Shown here: positions 22,277-31,849 of the stretch, one piece after another | Layout of the letters: every line of letters begins with the position of its first letter | Position numbering within the stretch: the stretch's first letter is position 1 | Assembly (NCBI GenBank): GCA_963842395.1 | Contig: CAWJGJ010000002.1 | Coordinates: 1,013,426 to 1,077,425 of the forward strand | Source: an uncultured Acidimicrobiales bacterium | GTDB lineage: Bacteria; Actinomycetota; Acidimicrobiia; Acidimicrobiales; VFJN01 | Direction: 5' to 3' | Length of the DNA: 64,000 bases | Translations under genes and position numbers: made by a program | Notes under the pieces: generated by a model | Database searches by the model: none | What the model was told of the DNA's origin: nothing | What the model saw: only the letters and a program-made list of their open reading frames with translations

Positions 22277-22642
22277 ATGCAGTTGGAGCTACCCACGCCC
22301 GTGGAGGCGAACGATGGTGTGATCGCTGTCGGCTTCCCGTGGACGTCGGCCGCCAACGCCCTGGCCGCGGTGCAGGGTGCGGCAGGCGGGCTGTCGGCGT
22401 CGCTCGAGGCCCGAGCGATGATGCGCCCGGCCATCGTCGACTGGGCCGGCGCCTACCGGGACGAGTTCGACGTCGCCTACCGACGTCTTGTCGCCGCGGC
22501 GGGAGACCTCGTGGAGAGGGCGCCGGGGCGCATGGGATCGGTGGTCGCCGCGGCCGAGGCAGCCAACGACCGGCAGCGGCGACGGAACGAGCAGGCAGCC
22601 GCCGACGACCTGGCGGACCGGCGCCTCCTGCTGGCGCGATGA
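22277..22642 (+). CDS. WXG100-like protein
   Basis: 121 aa, helical, central WAG (DWAGAYRDEFD); ATGA-coupled to the next gene. Confidence 0.75.
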   Translation: MQLELPTPVEANDGVIAVGFPWTSAANALAAVQGAAGGLSASLEARAMMRPAIVDWAGAYRDEFDVAYRRLVAAAGDLVERAPGRMGSVVAAAEAANDRQRRRNEQAAADDLADRRLLLAR

Positions 22643-24571
22643 CCGGCACCACCAGCAGCGCCAACCCCGCCGAGCTCGCTCGGTTCGCGACCGATGGGAT
22701 CTCGGTCGGCGCCACGCTGCAACTCGCAGCCAGACGCGCTCAGCACCGCGGTCGACGACCTGGCCGGCGCGGGCGGTGACGTCCCCGGGCTGGCCGGGTT
22801 CGCTGGAGACCTCCAGGACCTCGTGCTCGACTGGCTCCACCTCGACGAGTTCGCCGGAGCGGTCGCCGCGGGCTTCGCCGCCCACCTCGCCAGCAACGGG
22901 CTGGCCGGGAGCCCCGACGCGGTGCACACGATCGGTGACGATGCCCTGGCCGACCACCTCCGCGTCGGCTACGCCGACCGCGACCGGTCGATCCGGCTGG
23001 CGCTCCTCGTCGCCGCCAACCTCCGGTCGCTGCGTGAACGCGCCGGCGTCGACGTGGCCGACATCGAGCGGGCGCTGGACCCGGCCCGTATCGGGATGTA
23101 CGACCCGGCGTTCGCCGTCACCCTCAGCGAGAGCCTGGGTGTCGACGGCTATGTCGACGTGGTCACGCTCATCCGCGAGACCAACCACGCCGAGCACGGC
23201 GCCGACGGAACGGACGACGCCCTCGGCTCCGTCGCCGTGCTCGCCACGATCCTCACCACGGCGCTCGGCCGAGCACGAATCGGAGTCGACGACGATGGCG
23301 GCGCGGACGGCGGCAACCGGCGGGACGACACGGGCGGCGAGGCCGACGCCCGGAACATGCCAGACGACCAGGTGCTCGACGCCGAGTTCGTCGACGACCT
23401 CGTGAGCGGCAACCACCCAGGGGGCGGCCACGCCGAGACCGACCTGTCCGTCCTCCTGGGCATGAGCGACCCGCCGACCGCGATCGCCGTCGACATCGCC
23501 AACCACCGGCTGTCGCCGCTGCTCCACGCTGCCACGCTCACCGACCTCCACGACGCTGTCGACCTGGCGTGGGGCGACCGCTCCGGCATCGCCACCAACT
23601 ACGCCGAGATGCTCGGTCGCAACCCCGACGCCTCGGCCAAGTGGCTGGTGGCGAACCCGCCCGGGCCCGGCGGCGCCAACCTCGACCTCGTGCTCCGGCA
23701 GGACGGCGACCTCTACATCGACGACGGCAGGGCGCTCGCCTCGATCGTCGAGAACGGCGTGACCCACCCCGACATCCACACCCGCCACGACGTGGTCGAG
23801 CACGCCATCACCACCGTCGGGGCCGAGGGCGACCTGCTCGACAACCGCTACCTGCCCGACGCCCTCGCCAAGGGAGCCGCCGCCGACATGGCCTTCCTCG
23901 ACCACCTGATCAACGTCGACTGGGACCAGCAGCACCTCAGCCAACTGCCGCCCGGGACGGCCCGCCACACGCACGGGTTCCTGCGGGAGATCATGCTCGA
24001 CGAGTCAGCGGCCAACCGGGTCTACGCCGCCCTGGAGACCTACACGCTCGACCAGCTCAGCCAGGCGCCCCCAGCCGGCATCGACTGGACGCCGGGCGAC
24101 GGCATCGACAACCGCACGCGCGAGCTGTGGCGGATCGGCTCCCTCCAGGGCACGATCGTCGCGGCCGAGGGCAACGCATACCAGGACTCGGCCGAGGCCT
24201 ATCTCGAGGCCCAGAACGCCAGGGCGTCCGCGCTCGACTTCATGATCGGACTGGCCCCGTACGGCGCCATGAACGACCTGGCGGCGATCGATACGGGCGT
24301 CGGCGAGCTCGTCTTCCCGTCGGACGTCTCGGCCATGGTCGACGCAGAAGCGCACCAGTCGCTCCGGGACAGGGAGATCAGGCTCCACAACGCGATCCTC
24401 CTCGCCCTCGCCGAGCACCCCGCTCGCACCCCTCCCTCCCAGGTGAGCGGCCTGTCGGCCGACGAGAAGGTGGCGTTCGTCAAGTGGGCGCGGGGCTACT
24501 ACGACTCGGCCGACCACAACGCGCTCGGGGCGGCCTACGGCAGCGCCTCGTCCGCCCTGCGAGTCGGATAG
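22639..24571 (+). CDS. Large helical putative type VII secretion substrate (DUF6571-like suspected), +1 frameshift near 22732
   Basis: MTGTTSSANPAELARF joins ORF 22694..24571 when one base is removed; DPAFAVTLSESLGVDG motif; follows a WXG100 gene. Confidence 0.65.
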
Positions 24572-25624
24572 ATGCGACGTCGACGCCAGGCGCTCGTCGC
24601 CACCACCACGGTCGTCGCGTTGGTGGCGGGGACGGCCATGTGGCGGGCCAGCGCCGACTCCGGGCCGAGGCTCGGCGACGCGGAGCTGCTCGCCGACGGG
24701 AAGGGGCCGACGGATCTGATCAGGCTCGCGACCCCCTCGGGCGGGCCGGTCGACGCGAACCTCGACGACCTCCCGATGTGGTACACGACGATGGTGGTGC
24801 CTGGCCCGGGCGACAAGGTCATCCTGCTTGTCGAAGGGCAACAGGAGGTCCTGGTTCAGACGACTGCGGCGGGGGCGGTCGACCGCGTCGGTCTCGGCTT
24901 CACCAGCACGGTCACCGCCGTCAACGTGGCGGAGGACGGCCTCTTCGCCCGGGCCCACGGGGCCGAGGTGACGACCACGGCCAGCGACTGGGCCGAGGGC
25001 GGTCGCGGTCGCCCGAGCATCGTCGCCCCGTTCGAGGTCGGTGCCATCCTGCCCGTCACCGAGGACACCGTGATCGTCGGCAGCCGCCACGAGCCGGTGA
25101 TCGAGCAGGTCGGCACCGACGGCAGCGCGCGCCGGCTGCTCGGGCCTGCCGGTGACGCCGAGGCCCGGGTCACGACGGACGAGCCGCTCGGCCCCATCGT
25201 CGCCCTCACCCGTCTCGACGACGGACGCCTCGTGTTCGTGACCGAAACCCCCGACGGCTTCCAGATCTACCTCCTCGACGACGAGACGGTCCGCCCGCTC
25301 GACCCCACCGGGGACTTCCTCAGCCACGTTGTCGTCCGGGCCGCCGGCCACCCCGACTCCTACGTCATCTTCGAGCGCAAGGACCGGCTGCCGATGACGC
25401 CTCTGACCGCTGGCACCGACGACCAGGTCCTGACCATCGGGCTCGGCCCCGGCGACGTCCCCGAGATCAACCTGGTCGACGTCGACTCGGGCGAGGCCGA
25501 ACTACTCGTCCGGCTCGACGGCGTCGAGCCCACGATCGCCGAACCCGTCTCCGCCGCCCTGGCCGGCGACGACCTCGTCTTCACCGCCCGCGGCAACATC
25601 TGGCGCCTCGACGACGCCGTCTGA
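24572..25624 (+). CDS. Exported/membrane-anchored beta-rich (propeller-like) hypothetical protein
   Basis: RRRR plus hydrophobic signal; ATG directly after the upstream TAG; repeated beta-strand/DG turns. Confidence 0.75.
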   Translation: MRRRRQALVATTTVVALVAGTAMWRASADSGPRLGDAELLADGKGPTDLIRLATPSGGPVDANLDDLPMWYTTMVVPGPGDKVILLVEGQQEVLVQTTAAGAVDRVGLGFTSTVTAVNVAEDGLFARAHGAEVTTTASDWAEGGRGRPSIVAPFEVGAILPVTEDTVIVGSRHEPVIEQVGTDGSARRLLGPAGDAEARVTTDEPLGPIVALTRLDDGRLVFVTETPDGFQIYLLDDETVRPLDPTGDFLSHVVVRAAGHPDSYVIFERKDRLPMTPLTAGTDDQVLTIGLGPGDVPEINLVDVDSGEAELLVRLDGVEPTIAEPVSAALAGDDLVFTARGNIWRLDDAV

Positions 25625-25659
25625 CTACGGGTGACGGACCCCACCACCGCCGGGTTGCG

Positions 25660-25804
25660 GAGCCGCTGGGACGGATTTGGTTGGTGGGCAACCACTTCGG
25701 ACCCACCGGCTCCGCGTGGGTGGTGGGTTCGGTCGACAGCTGGCTGTGGAGGAGCGGCTGGGACTCACGTGGTTGGTGGGCAACCATCTCGGCCCCACAG
25801 GCTG
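25660..25804 (-). repeat. Second, inverted doublet of the 53-bp hairpin repeat (units 25660-25712 and 25752-25804, 92-bp period)
   Basis: GGTTGGTGGGCAACC at 25679 and 25771 is the reverse complement of the core at 15.5 kb; same 11-8-15-8-11 layout. Confidence 0.88.
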
Positions 25805-25857
25805 CGCTCCGGCAGCCGGGGAGCAGCCGCGGTTGGGCGGACCTGCGAAGGTGGGGG

Positions 25858-26457
25858 ATGGCTGAGGGACTGCCCGAGCTGACCGTGGCCGATGCTGCAG
25901 CCTGGCGGGCATGGCTGGAGGAGCACCACGGCGAGACCGGCGGGGTGTGGCTGACGCTCGCCAAGAAGGGCACGACCGAGCCGACCAGCCTGCGGTACGT
26001 CGAAGCCGTCGAGGAGGCGCTGTGCTTCGGGTGGATCGACGGCCAGGCGCGTAGCGGCGACGGCGCCACCTACAGCCAGCGGTACACGCCTCGCCGGGCC
26101 CAGAGCCGGTGGTCACAGCGCAACGTCGAGCGCATCGCCCGCCTCGAAGCCGAGGGCCGGATGCACCCCGCCGGGCGGGCCGAGGTGGAGCGGGCGAAGG
26201 CAGACGGCCGCTGGGACGCCGCCTACGCCGGGCCGGCGACGATCGAGGTGCCAGCTGACCTCGCCGCAGCACTCGCCGCCGAGCCCCGGGCGCAGGCGAT
26301 GTTCGAGATCCTCGACAGCCGCAACCGCTTCGCCGTCCTGTACCAGGTCGAGACCGCCAAGCGGGCCGACACCCGGGCCCGGCGCATCGAGCGGTTCGTC
26401 GCCATGCTCGCCCGCGGCGAGACGCTGTACCCACAGAAGCGCACCCTCGATCCCTGA
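25858..26457 (+). CDS. YdeI/OmpD-associated family protein
   Basis: WRAWLEEHH, AVEEALCFGWIDG, YTPRRAQSRWS, VPADLAAAL, AKRADTRARRI. Confidence 0.94.
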   Translation: MAEGLPELTVADAAAWRAWLEEHHGETGGVWLTLAKKGTTEPTSLRYVEAVEEALCFGWIDGQARSGDGATYSQRYTPRRAQSRWSQRNVERIARLEAEGRMHPAGRAEVERAKADGRWDAAYAGPATIEVPADLAAALAAEPRAQAMFEILDSRNRFAVLYQVETAKRADTRARRIERFVAMLARGETLYPQKRTLDP

Positions 26458-26620
26458 CCACCGCCCCGGGCGGCCGCTGGCTGGAGGGTCCGCGAGCGAA
26501 GGCCCATGACTCGCGGCCGCACACAGCGCACGGGTCATCCGCCACGGACGGTGCTGTCGATGTAGCGTGCTCCGACGTTTCGTTGGCCTGCGTCGCCGGG
26601 CCGGACGGGGAGGGGTTGGT

Positions 26621-27505
26621 ATGCGCCGCACGTTGATGCGCGTCGCGTTGTCGCTCGTGTTGCTCGTGTTGGTCACCGGGTGCGACCCGCTGGCCGAGCC
26701 GGAGGGCGCCGCCCCGTTGCGCTACCGGGACGACGTGTTCGCCGCCGTGACGAGGACCAACGGGATCACCTACGGCTCGGCGGTGAACCAGACGGGCGCG
26801 ACGGTGAACCTCGCCCTCGACATGTACCAGCCGACCGGCGACACGATCACCAGCCGGCCGGCGGTCGTGTGGGTGCACGGCGGTTCCTTCGCCGGCGGCG
26901 CCCGGACGTCGGGGGAGCTCGTCGAGCAGGCGAACTACTTCGCCCGCAAGGGCTTCGTCAGCGTCTCGATCGACTACCGGCTGTCCGCGACAGGTTGCCG
27001 GCCGGGCGGTCCGCTCAACGTGTGCCTCACGTCCATCCAGCACGCGCGCGAGGACGCGCAGACCGCCGTGCGCTTCCTGCGGGCCAACGCCGCGCTCTAC
27101 CGCATCGACACCACCCGCATCGCCATCGGCGGCTCGTCGGCCGGGGCGATCACCGCGCTCAACGTCGGCTACAGCCCCGAGAACCCGGGCCCGGGCAACC
27201 ACCAGGGTTTCTCGTCAGCCGTGCGGGCGGCGCAGTCCATCTCCGGCGCCGAGCTGGCGAGCGGCAGCCCGATCAATGCCGGCGACGCGGCGGCCCTGCT
27301 GTTCCACAACACCATCGACCCCCTCGTCGGCTACAACTCGGCGGTGTCGACCGTCGATCGCGCCCACGCGGCGAACCTGGTCGCCGTCCTGCGTACCTGG
27401 GAAGGCGAGGGCCACGTGCCCTTCGGCGATCACCGGACGCAGATCCTGACCGAGACACGCAACTTCTTCTACTCCCAGATGGACCTGGCGCACGCCGCCC
27501 GCTGA
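26621..27505 (+). CDS. Lipoprotein alpha/beta-hydrolase (esterase/lipase)
   Basis: Lipobox VTGC; WVHGGSF, SIDYRL, GGSSAG nucleophile elbow, DPLV, GEGH. Confidence 0.9.
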   Translation: MRRTLMRVALSLVLLVLVTGCDPLAEPEGAAPLRYRDDVFAAVTRTNGITYGSAVNQTGATVNLALDMYQPTGDTITSRPAVVWVHGGSFAGGARTSGELVEQANYFARKGFVSVSIDYRLSATGCRPGGPLNVCLTSIQHAREDAQTAVRFLRANAALYRIDTTRIAIGGSSAGAITALNVGYSPENPGPGNHQGFSSAVRAAQSISGAELASGSPINAGDAAALLFHNTIDPLVGYNSAVSTVDRAHAANLVAVLRTWEGEGHVPFGDHRTQILTETRNFFYSQMDLAHAAR

Positions 27506-27545
27506 GGCGGGCGCAGCCGGGCCCGGCGAAACGTCAGGCTGAGCG

Positions 27546-30479
27546 TCAGCCCGGGGCCAGGCCGGAGCGGACGGCCCAGGCGGCGACCTCGGTGCGGCTG
27601 GCCATGCCCAGCTTGGCCAGCAGGTTGGACACGTGCACCGCCGCCGTGCGGGGCGAGATGTAGAGCCGCTCGGCGAGCTGGCTGTTGGTCAAACCCTCGG
27701 CCAGCAGCGCGGCCACCTCGCGCTCACGGGGCGTGAGCTGGTCGGGGCCGGTCGGCTCGTCCCCCAGGCCGAGGCGCCGCTCGACCGCCCGGAGCTGCTC
27801 GACCCGCCATCCGCTCCACCGGGCCAGGTGGCGGGCGGCCTCGGCGACGTGGGGGCGGGCCTCGTCGAGGCGCCCCGCCCGCACCAGGTTGGCCGCCGCA
27901 CCCACGTGCGCGGTGCCCCGGTGCCCGGCCAGGATCTCCGGCGCCATGCCCAGCGTGCGGGCGGCGGCCTCGAAGCCGGCGATGGCGGCGTCGACGTCGC
28001 CGGCGGCCTCGGCCAGCTGCGCCTCGAGCATCTGCCGCCAGGGGTTGTCAGGGTCGAGCCGGTGCCCGACGTAGTGGCCCACCCGGTCGACGAGCGGTCG
28101 CAACTCGTCCGCGCTCATCCCGGCCCCCAGCGCCGCCGCCAGCAGGTCGTGCGCCTGCGACGGCGAGGCGTAGCCCTCGGCGTCGGTGGCCGCCACCAGG
28201 TCGACCAGCAGCGCCCGGGCCCGGGCGAGATCGCCCCGCCGGCAGGCCAGGTGCAGGTCGAGGCCGATCACGCCGACCGCCGTACGGGTGGTGGCGGGCT
28301 TGGACAGCTCGGTGAAGAGCTCGGCCGTGTCGAGGTCGCCCGCCTCGAGCGCCAGACCGGCACGGAACACCGTGGTCCACCCCGCCTTGGTGCGCCGGGT
28401 GCGGGCGTCCGCGCCGCGGAGCGGCTCGTCGAGGTGGGCGATGGCGCCCGCGAGGTCGCCCTCGAGCGCCGCCAGGTGGGCCAGTGACCCGGCGACATCG
28501 GCGACGACCGCGGAGTCGAACCCCGCGGCGGTCGCCTCCGCTCTCATGCGCTCGATGAGCCGGCGCACCTCGTCCGCGTCGCGCCACTGGCGGGCGTGGG
28601 ACACCAGGTTGTTGAGCGACCGCGCCGCCAACACGTGATCGCCCGCCCGCTCCGCCTCGTCGGCCGCGGCCTCGAGCAGGTCGCGGGCCTCCTCCGCCCG
28701 GGACGGGTCCATCAGCAGCGTCGAGCCCTTCTCGACCATCGCCGCCAGCCGCACATCGTCGAGGCCCTTCTCCTCGGCGAGCGCCAGCGCCTTGTCAGCC
28801 CACATGTAGGAGGCGTCGACCTTGTCGCGCAGCATGTACGACTGCGCCACCGCGGCCATCGCCCGCCCCCGCGCCTCGTCCCCCGGCAGACGGTCGATGA
28901 TCTCCACCAGCGCGTTCGTGTGAGCGCTCATGGCGGCGATGTCGCCGCGCTCGTAGGCCACCCGGGCGCGCATGGCCAGCGCGGCGGCCTCGTGGTCGAC
29001 GTCGCCCGCCCCCCGGGCCAGCGTCAGCCACCGCTCGGCGTGGACCTGGGCGTCGTCGAGCAGGCCGGCCAGCCACGCCGCCCGGGCCGCCAGCGACAGC
29101 AGCTCCTCGTCGTCGGATACCTCGGCAAGGCCGGTCTCGGCGAGCTGGAGCGCCTGGTACGACGAGCCGAGCGCCAGCGACTCCCGCGCCCCCAACCGGG
29201 CCTCGTCGACCATGTCGTCGAAGCGGCCGGCGCCCCGGGCGTGGTGGGCCAGCGAGACGTGGTCGCGGCTGCCCCCGGCCCGCAGGGCGTCCAGCGCGGC
29301 CTCGTGCAGCCGCCGCCGCTCGCGCCCCAGCAGGCCGCTCTCGACGGCCTCCCGGGCGAGCTCGTGGTGGAAGCCGAAGACGTCGGGATCGACCTCGACC
29401 AGCAGGCCCTGGTCCACCGCCACCCGTAGCCGGGCGATGAGATCGTCCTCGTGCGCCCCGGTCACGGCGGCCAGCAGGTCGAACCCGAACCGACGGCCGA
29501 GGACGGCGGCGGCGTTGACCATCGCCCGCACGTCGGGACCGAGGTCGGCCAGCTCGGACCGCACCAGCTCGGCGACCGTCCAGGGAAGCGGCGCGTCGGG
29601 CTCGTCGCCCGGCATCTCGCCCGAGCTGGCCATCAGCTCCTCGAGGAAGAACGGGTTGCCGCCGGTGCGGGTGTGCAGCGTGTCGACGACACGGAACGAG
29701 GGCTCGACGTCGTACACCGCGGCGAGGAACCCGCTCACGTCGGCCGGGTTGAGCCGCCCGAGGTGGACGTGGGTGACCGAGTGGCGACGCTCGATGCGGG
29801 GCAGCGCCTCGGCCGCGGCGTGGCGGCGCGACAGGCCGTCGGGCCGGTAGGTGCCCACCAGCAGCAGGGCGGGAGGGGCGACGTCCCCCGCCGGCGCCGG
29901 CTCGGCCAGCCGCTCGAACACCGAGACCGACTCGGAGTCGGCCCAGTGCAGGTCCTCGAACACCAGCAGCGTCGTGACGTCGGCCCCGAGCCGGCGCACG
30001 AGGTCGACGCCCGCCCGCACCCGCTCGTCGGCGGGCCGGTCGGCGTCGCGCACCACCGCCAGCAACCCATTGCCGGACCCGTCGCGGGCGCGGTCGTGGG
30101 ATCCGTCGCCGACGACCACACCCCGGCCCCCGGCACGACTCGCCTCGCCGCCTCCGGCATCACGCGGGACGGCCGCGCCCGCGGGTCCCCGGTTCGCACC
30201 GTCGGGATCGGCCGCCGTCACCGCACCCTCGACCGCGTCGAGGAACAGCTCCATCGGCCGGCCGACCGTGCCGGGGTCGGCCTGGCCCGCCAGCACCAGC
30301 GTGCCGGGCGGGACCCGGCGGAGCAGCTCCTGGACCAGCCGGGTCTTCCCGATGCCGGCCTCGCCGGCCACCAGCGCCACGGCCGGTTCACGGCGGGCGC
30401 CGACAAGGCCGACGAGGCGGTCGAGCTCGGCCGCCCGACCCACCATCACGGGCGACAACCCCGTTCGACCCACGAGCAC
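27546..30479 (-). CDS. LAL-type AAA-ATPase/LuxR-HTH transcriptional regulator
   Basis: MVGRAAEL, GEAGIGKTRL, FEDLHWAD, TGGNPFFLEEL; C-terminal LTPREREV...GLTNSQLAERLYISPRTAAVHVSNLLAKLG. Confidence 0.95.
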   Translation of the reverse strand: MLVGRTGLSPVMVGRAAELDRLVGLVGARREPAVALVAGEAGIGKTRLVQELLRRVPPGTLVLAGQADPGTVGRPMELFLDAVEGAVTAADPDGANRGPAGAAVPRDAGGGEASRAGGRGVVVGDGSHDRARDGSGNGLLAVVRDADRPADERVRAGVDLVRRLGADVTTLLVFEDLHWADSESVSVFERLAEPAPAGDVAPPALLLVGTYRPDGLSRRHAAAEALPRIERRHSVTHVHLGRLNPADVSGFLAAVYDVEPSFRVVDTLHTRTGGNPFFLEELMASSGEMPGDEPDAPLPWTVAELVRSELADLGPDVRAMVNAAAVLGRRFGFDLLAAVTGAHEDDLIARLRVAVDQGLLVEVDPDVFGFHHELAREAVESGLLGRERRRLHEAALDALRAGGSRDHVSLAHHARGAGRFDDMVDEARLGARESLALGSSYQALQLAETGLAEVSDDEELLSLAARAAWLAGLLDDAQVHAERWLTLARGAGDVDHEAAALAMRARVAYERGDIAAMSAHTNALVEIIDRLPGDEARGRAMAAVAQSYMLRDKVDASYMWADKALALAEEKGLDDVRLAAMVEKGSTLLMDPSRAEEARDLLEAAADEAERAGDHVLAARSLNNLVSHARQWRDADEVRRLIERMRAEATAAGFDSAVVADVAGSLAHLAALEGDLAGAIAHLDEPLRGADARTRRTKAGWTTVFRAGLALEAGDLDTAELFTELSKPATTRTAVGVIGLDLHLACRRGDLARARALLVDLVAATDAEGYASPSQAHDLLAAALGAGMSADELRPLVDRVGHYVGHRLDPDNPWRQMLEAQLAEAAGDVDAAIAGFEAAARTLGMAPEILAGHRGTAHVGAAANLVRAGRLDEARPHVAEAARHLARWSGWRVEQLRAVERRLGLGDEPTGPDQLTPREREVAALLAEGLTNSQLAERLYISPRTAAVHVSNLLAKLGMASRTEVAAWAVRSGLAPG

Positions 30480-30762
30480 GCCATGAGCGTACGACCGCGT
30501 GCGGGTGCGGCGGGTGTGACGCCGGTCGCCGGGGGAACGAAGGCCGGTGTCACGCCCGTCGCCGGACCGGCGTGCGGGCCCACCGCCCGCCTCGGTCGGC
30601 GCGACCGGGCCGACGCCGAGGGTCAGGACGGCCACGACCGGCTACCTGGGACCGGGACCCGCGCGCGACCGGCCCCACCGGGCACGATGGGCGACGCCGG
30701 AGTCCGGCGGATCCCGTCGAGGCCGGTGGGGCCGATCGGGCGGATGGGGTAGGCAGTCAACG

Positions 30763-30900
30763 TCAGCGCCACCAGCGCCGCACGCTGTCGCGCCGGGAGC
30801 CGGAGCGCCGGTGAGCCGGACGGGACGAGCGGGCGGAACGGGCGAGGTCGTCGTGGTGGCTGTCGATGATCGTCTTGAGGGTTTCGTAGTCGTTGAGCAT
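30763..30900 (-). CDS. Putative 45-aa small protein upstream of the LAL regulator
   Basis: MLNDYETLKTIIDSHHDDLARSARSSR...RRWWR; downstream of repeated operator-like motifs. Confidence 0.55.
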   Translation of the reverse strand: MLNDYETLKTIIDSHHDDLARSARSSRPAHRRSGSRRDSVRRWWR

Positions 30901-30961
30901 GGTCCGATCGTGCGCCTCTGAACCCCCCGCCCACATCGGACGATGTACGCGTCTTCCCCGC

Positions 30962-30998
30962 GCCCGACCTACGTAGGCGCGACCGGCCCGACCTACGT
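30962..30998. promoter_or_regulatory. 13-bp direct repeat GCCCGACCTACGT (24-bp period) containing palindrome CCTACGTAGG
   Basis: Copies at 30962-30974 and 30986-30998 in the divergent region between the small ORF and ctaC. Confidence 0.6.
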
Positions 30999-31054
30999 CG
31001 ACGCAGTCGCCGGCGCTCGCCCACGCTCGGGAGCGCGTCGGGTACGGTCGCAAC

Positions 31055-31849
31055 GTGCCCCGTCCCCCCGGAGCGTGGCGCCTGCTCACCCTCGCCATCG
31101 TGGTCACCGCCGCCGCGGGCTGCGACGTGCCCGGGTTCGGCGCCCCCGATCCCAAGTCGACCCAGGGCGAGAGCATCTACTCGCTGTGGCAGGGGTTCTT
31201 CATCGCCTCGCTGTTCGTCGGCGCGCTGGTGTGGGGGCTGATCGTCTACTCGATCATCCGCTTCCGGCGGCGCAACGACGACCTCCCCAGCCAGAAGCCC
31301 TACAACATCCCGGTCGAGGTCGTGTACACGGTGGCGCCGATCGTCGCCGTCGCCGTGCTGTTCGGCTTCAGCGTGATGACCGAGCGCGAGGTCACCGACC
31401 TCGAACCGGACCCCATCGCCCACATCGACGTGCTCGGCTTCCAGTGGTCGTGGCAGTTCGCCTACGTCGACGAGGGCGTCGTCGTCACCGGCGAACCGGG
31501 CGAGCCGCCGGAGATGGTCATCCCGGTCGGCCGGCCGGTGCAGCTCCGGCTCGTCAGCAACGACGTGGCCCACTCGTTCTGGGTGCCCGACTTCCTGTCC
31601 AAGCGCGACCTCATCCCCGGCGTCGACAACGAGATCTCGATCACCCCCACCGAGACGGGCAGCTACGTGGGACGGTGCGCCGAGTTCTGCGGCCTCGACC
31701 ACTGGGCCATGAACTACACGGTGCGCGTCGTCGACGAGGACGAGTACGAGCGCTGGCTCGACGACCGGCAGGCCGAGGCCGAGGCGGCCGACGGCGGGGC
31801 CGAAGGAGAGCCGGCCGACGACGCCGGCAGCGGGACGGCGGCGCCGTGA
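31055..31849 (+). CDS. ctaC: Cytochrome c oxidase subunit II
   Basis: Lipobox [21 protein letters not shown], CuA motif [12 protein letters not shown]. Confidence 0.97.
   Translation: MPRPPGAWRLLTLAIVVTAAAGCDVPGFGAPDPKSTQGESIYSLWQGFFIASLFVGALVWGLIVYSIIRFRRRNDDLPSQKPYNIPVEVVYTVAPIVAVAVLFGFSVMTEREVTDLEPDPIAHIDVLGFQWSWQFAYVDEGVVVTGEPGEPPEMVIPVGRPVQLRLVSNDVAHSFWVPDFLSKRDLIPGVDNEISITPTETGSYVGRCAEFCGLDHWAMNYTVRVVDEDEYERWLDDRQAEAEAADGGAEGEPADDAGSGTAAP

Noticed and set aside
25660-25804. Doublet as a TIGR-like dual-spacer guide array
   Set aside because: The layout is superficially similar, but the first 8-nt arm is largely conserved, there are only two units per site, and no Nop-domain/Tas gene is nearby.
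15449-30900. Prophage or integrative element in the accessory region after mfd
   Set aside because: No integrase, transposase, relaxase, phage structural gene or tRNA attachment site is visible.
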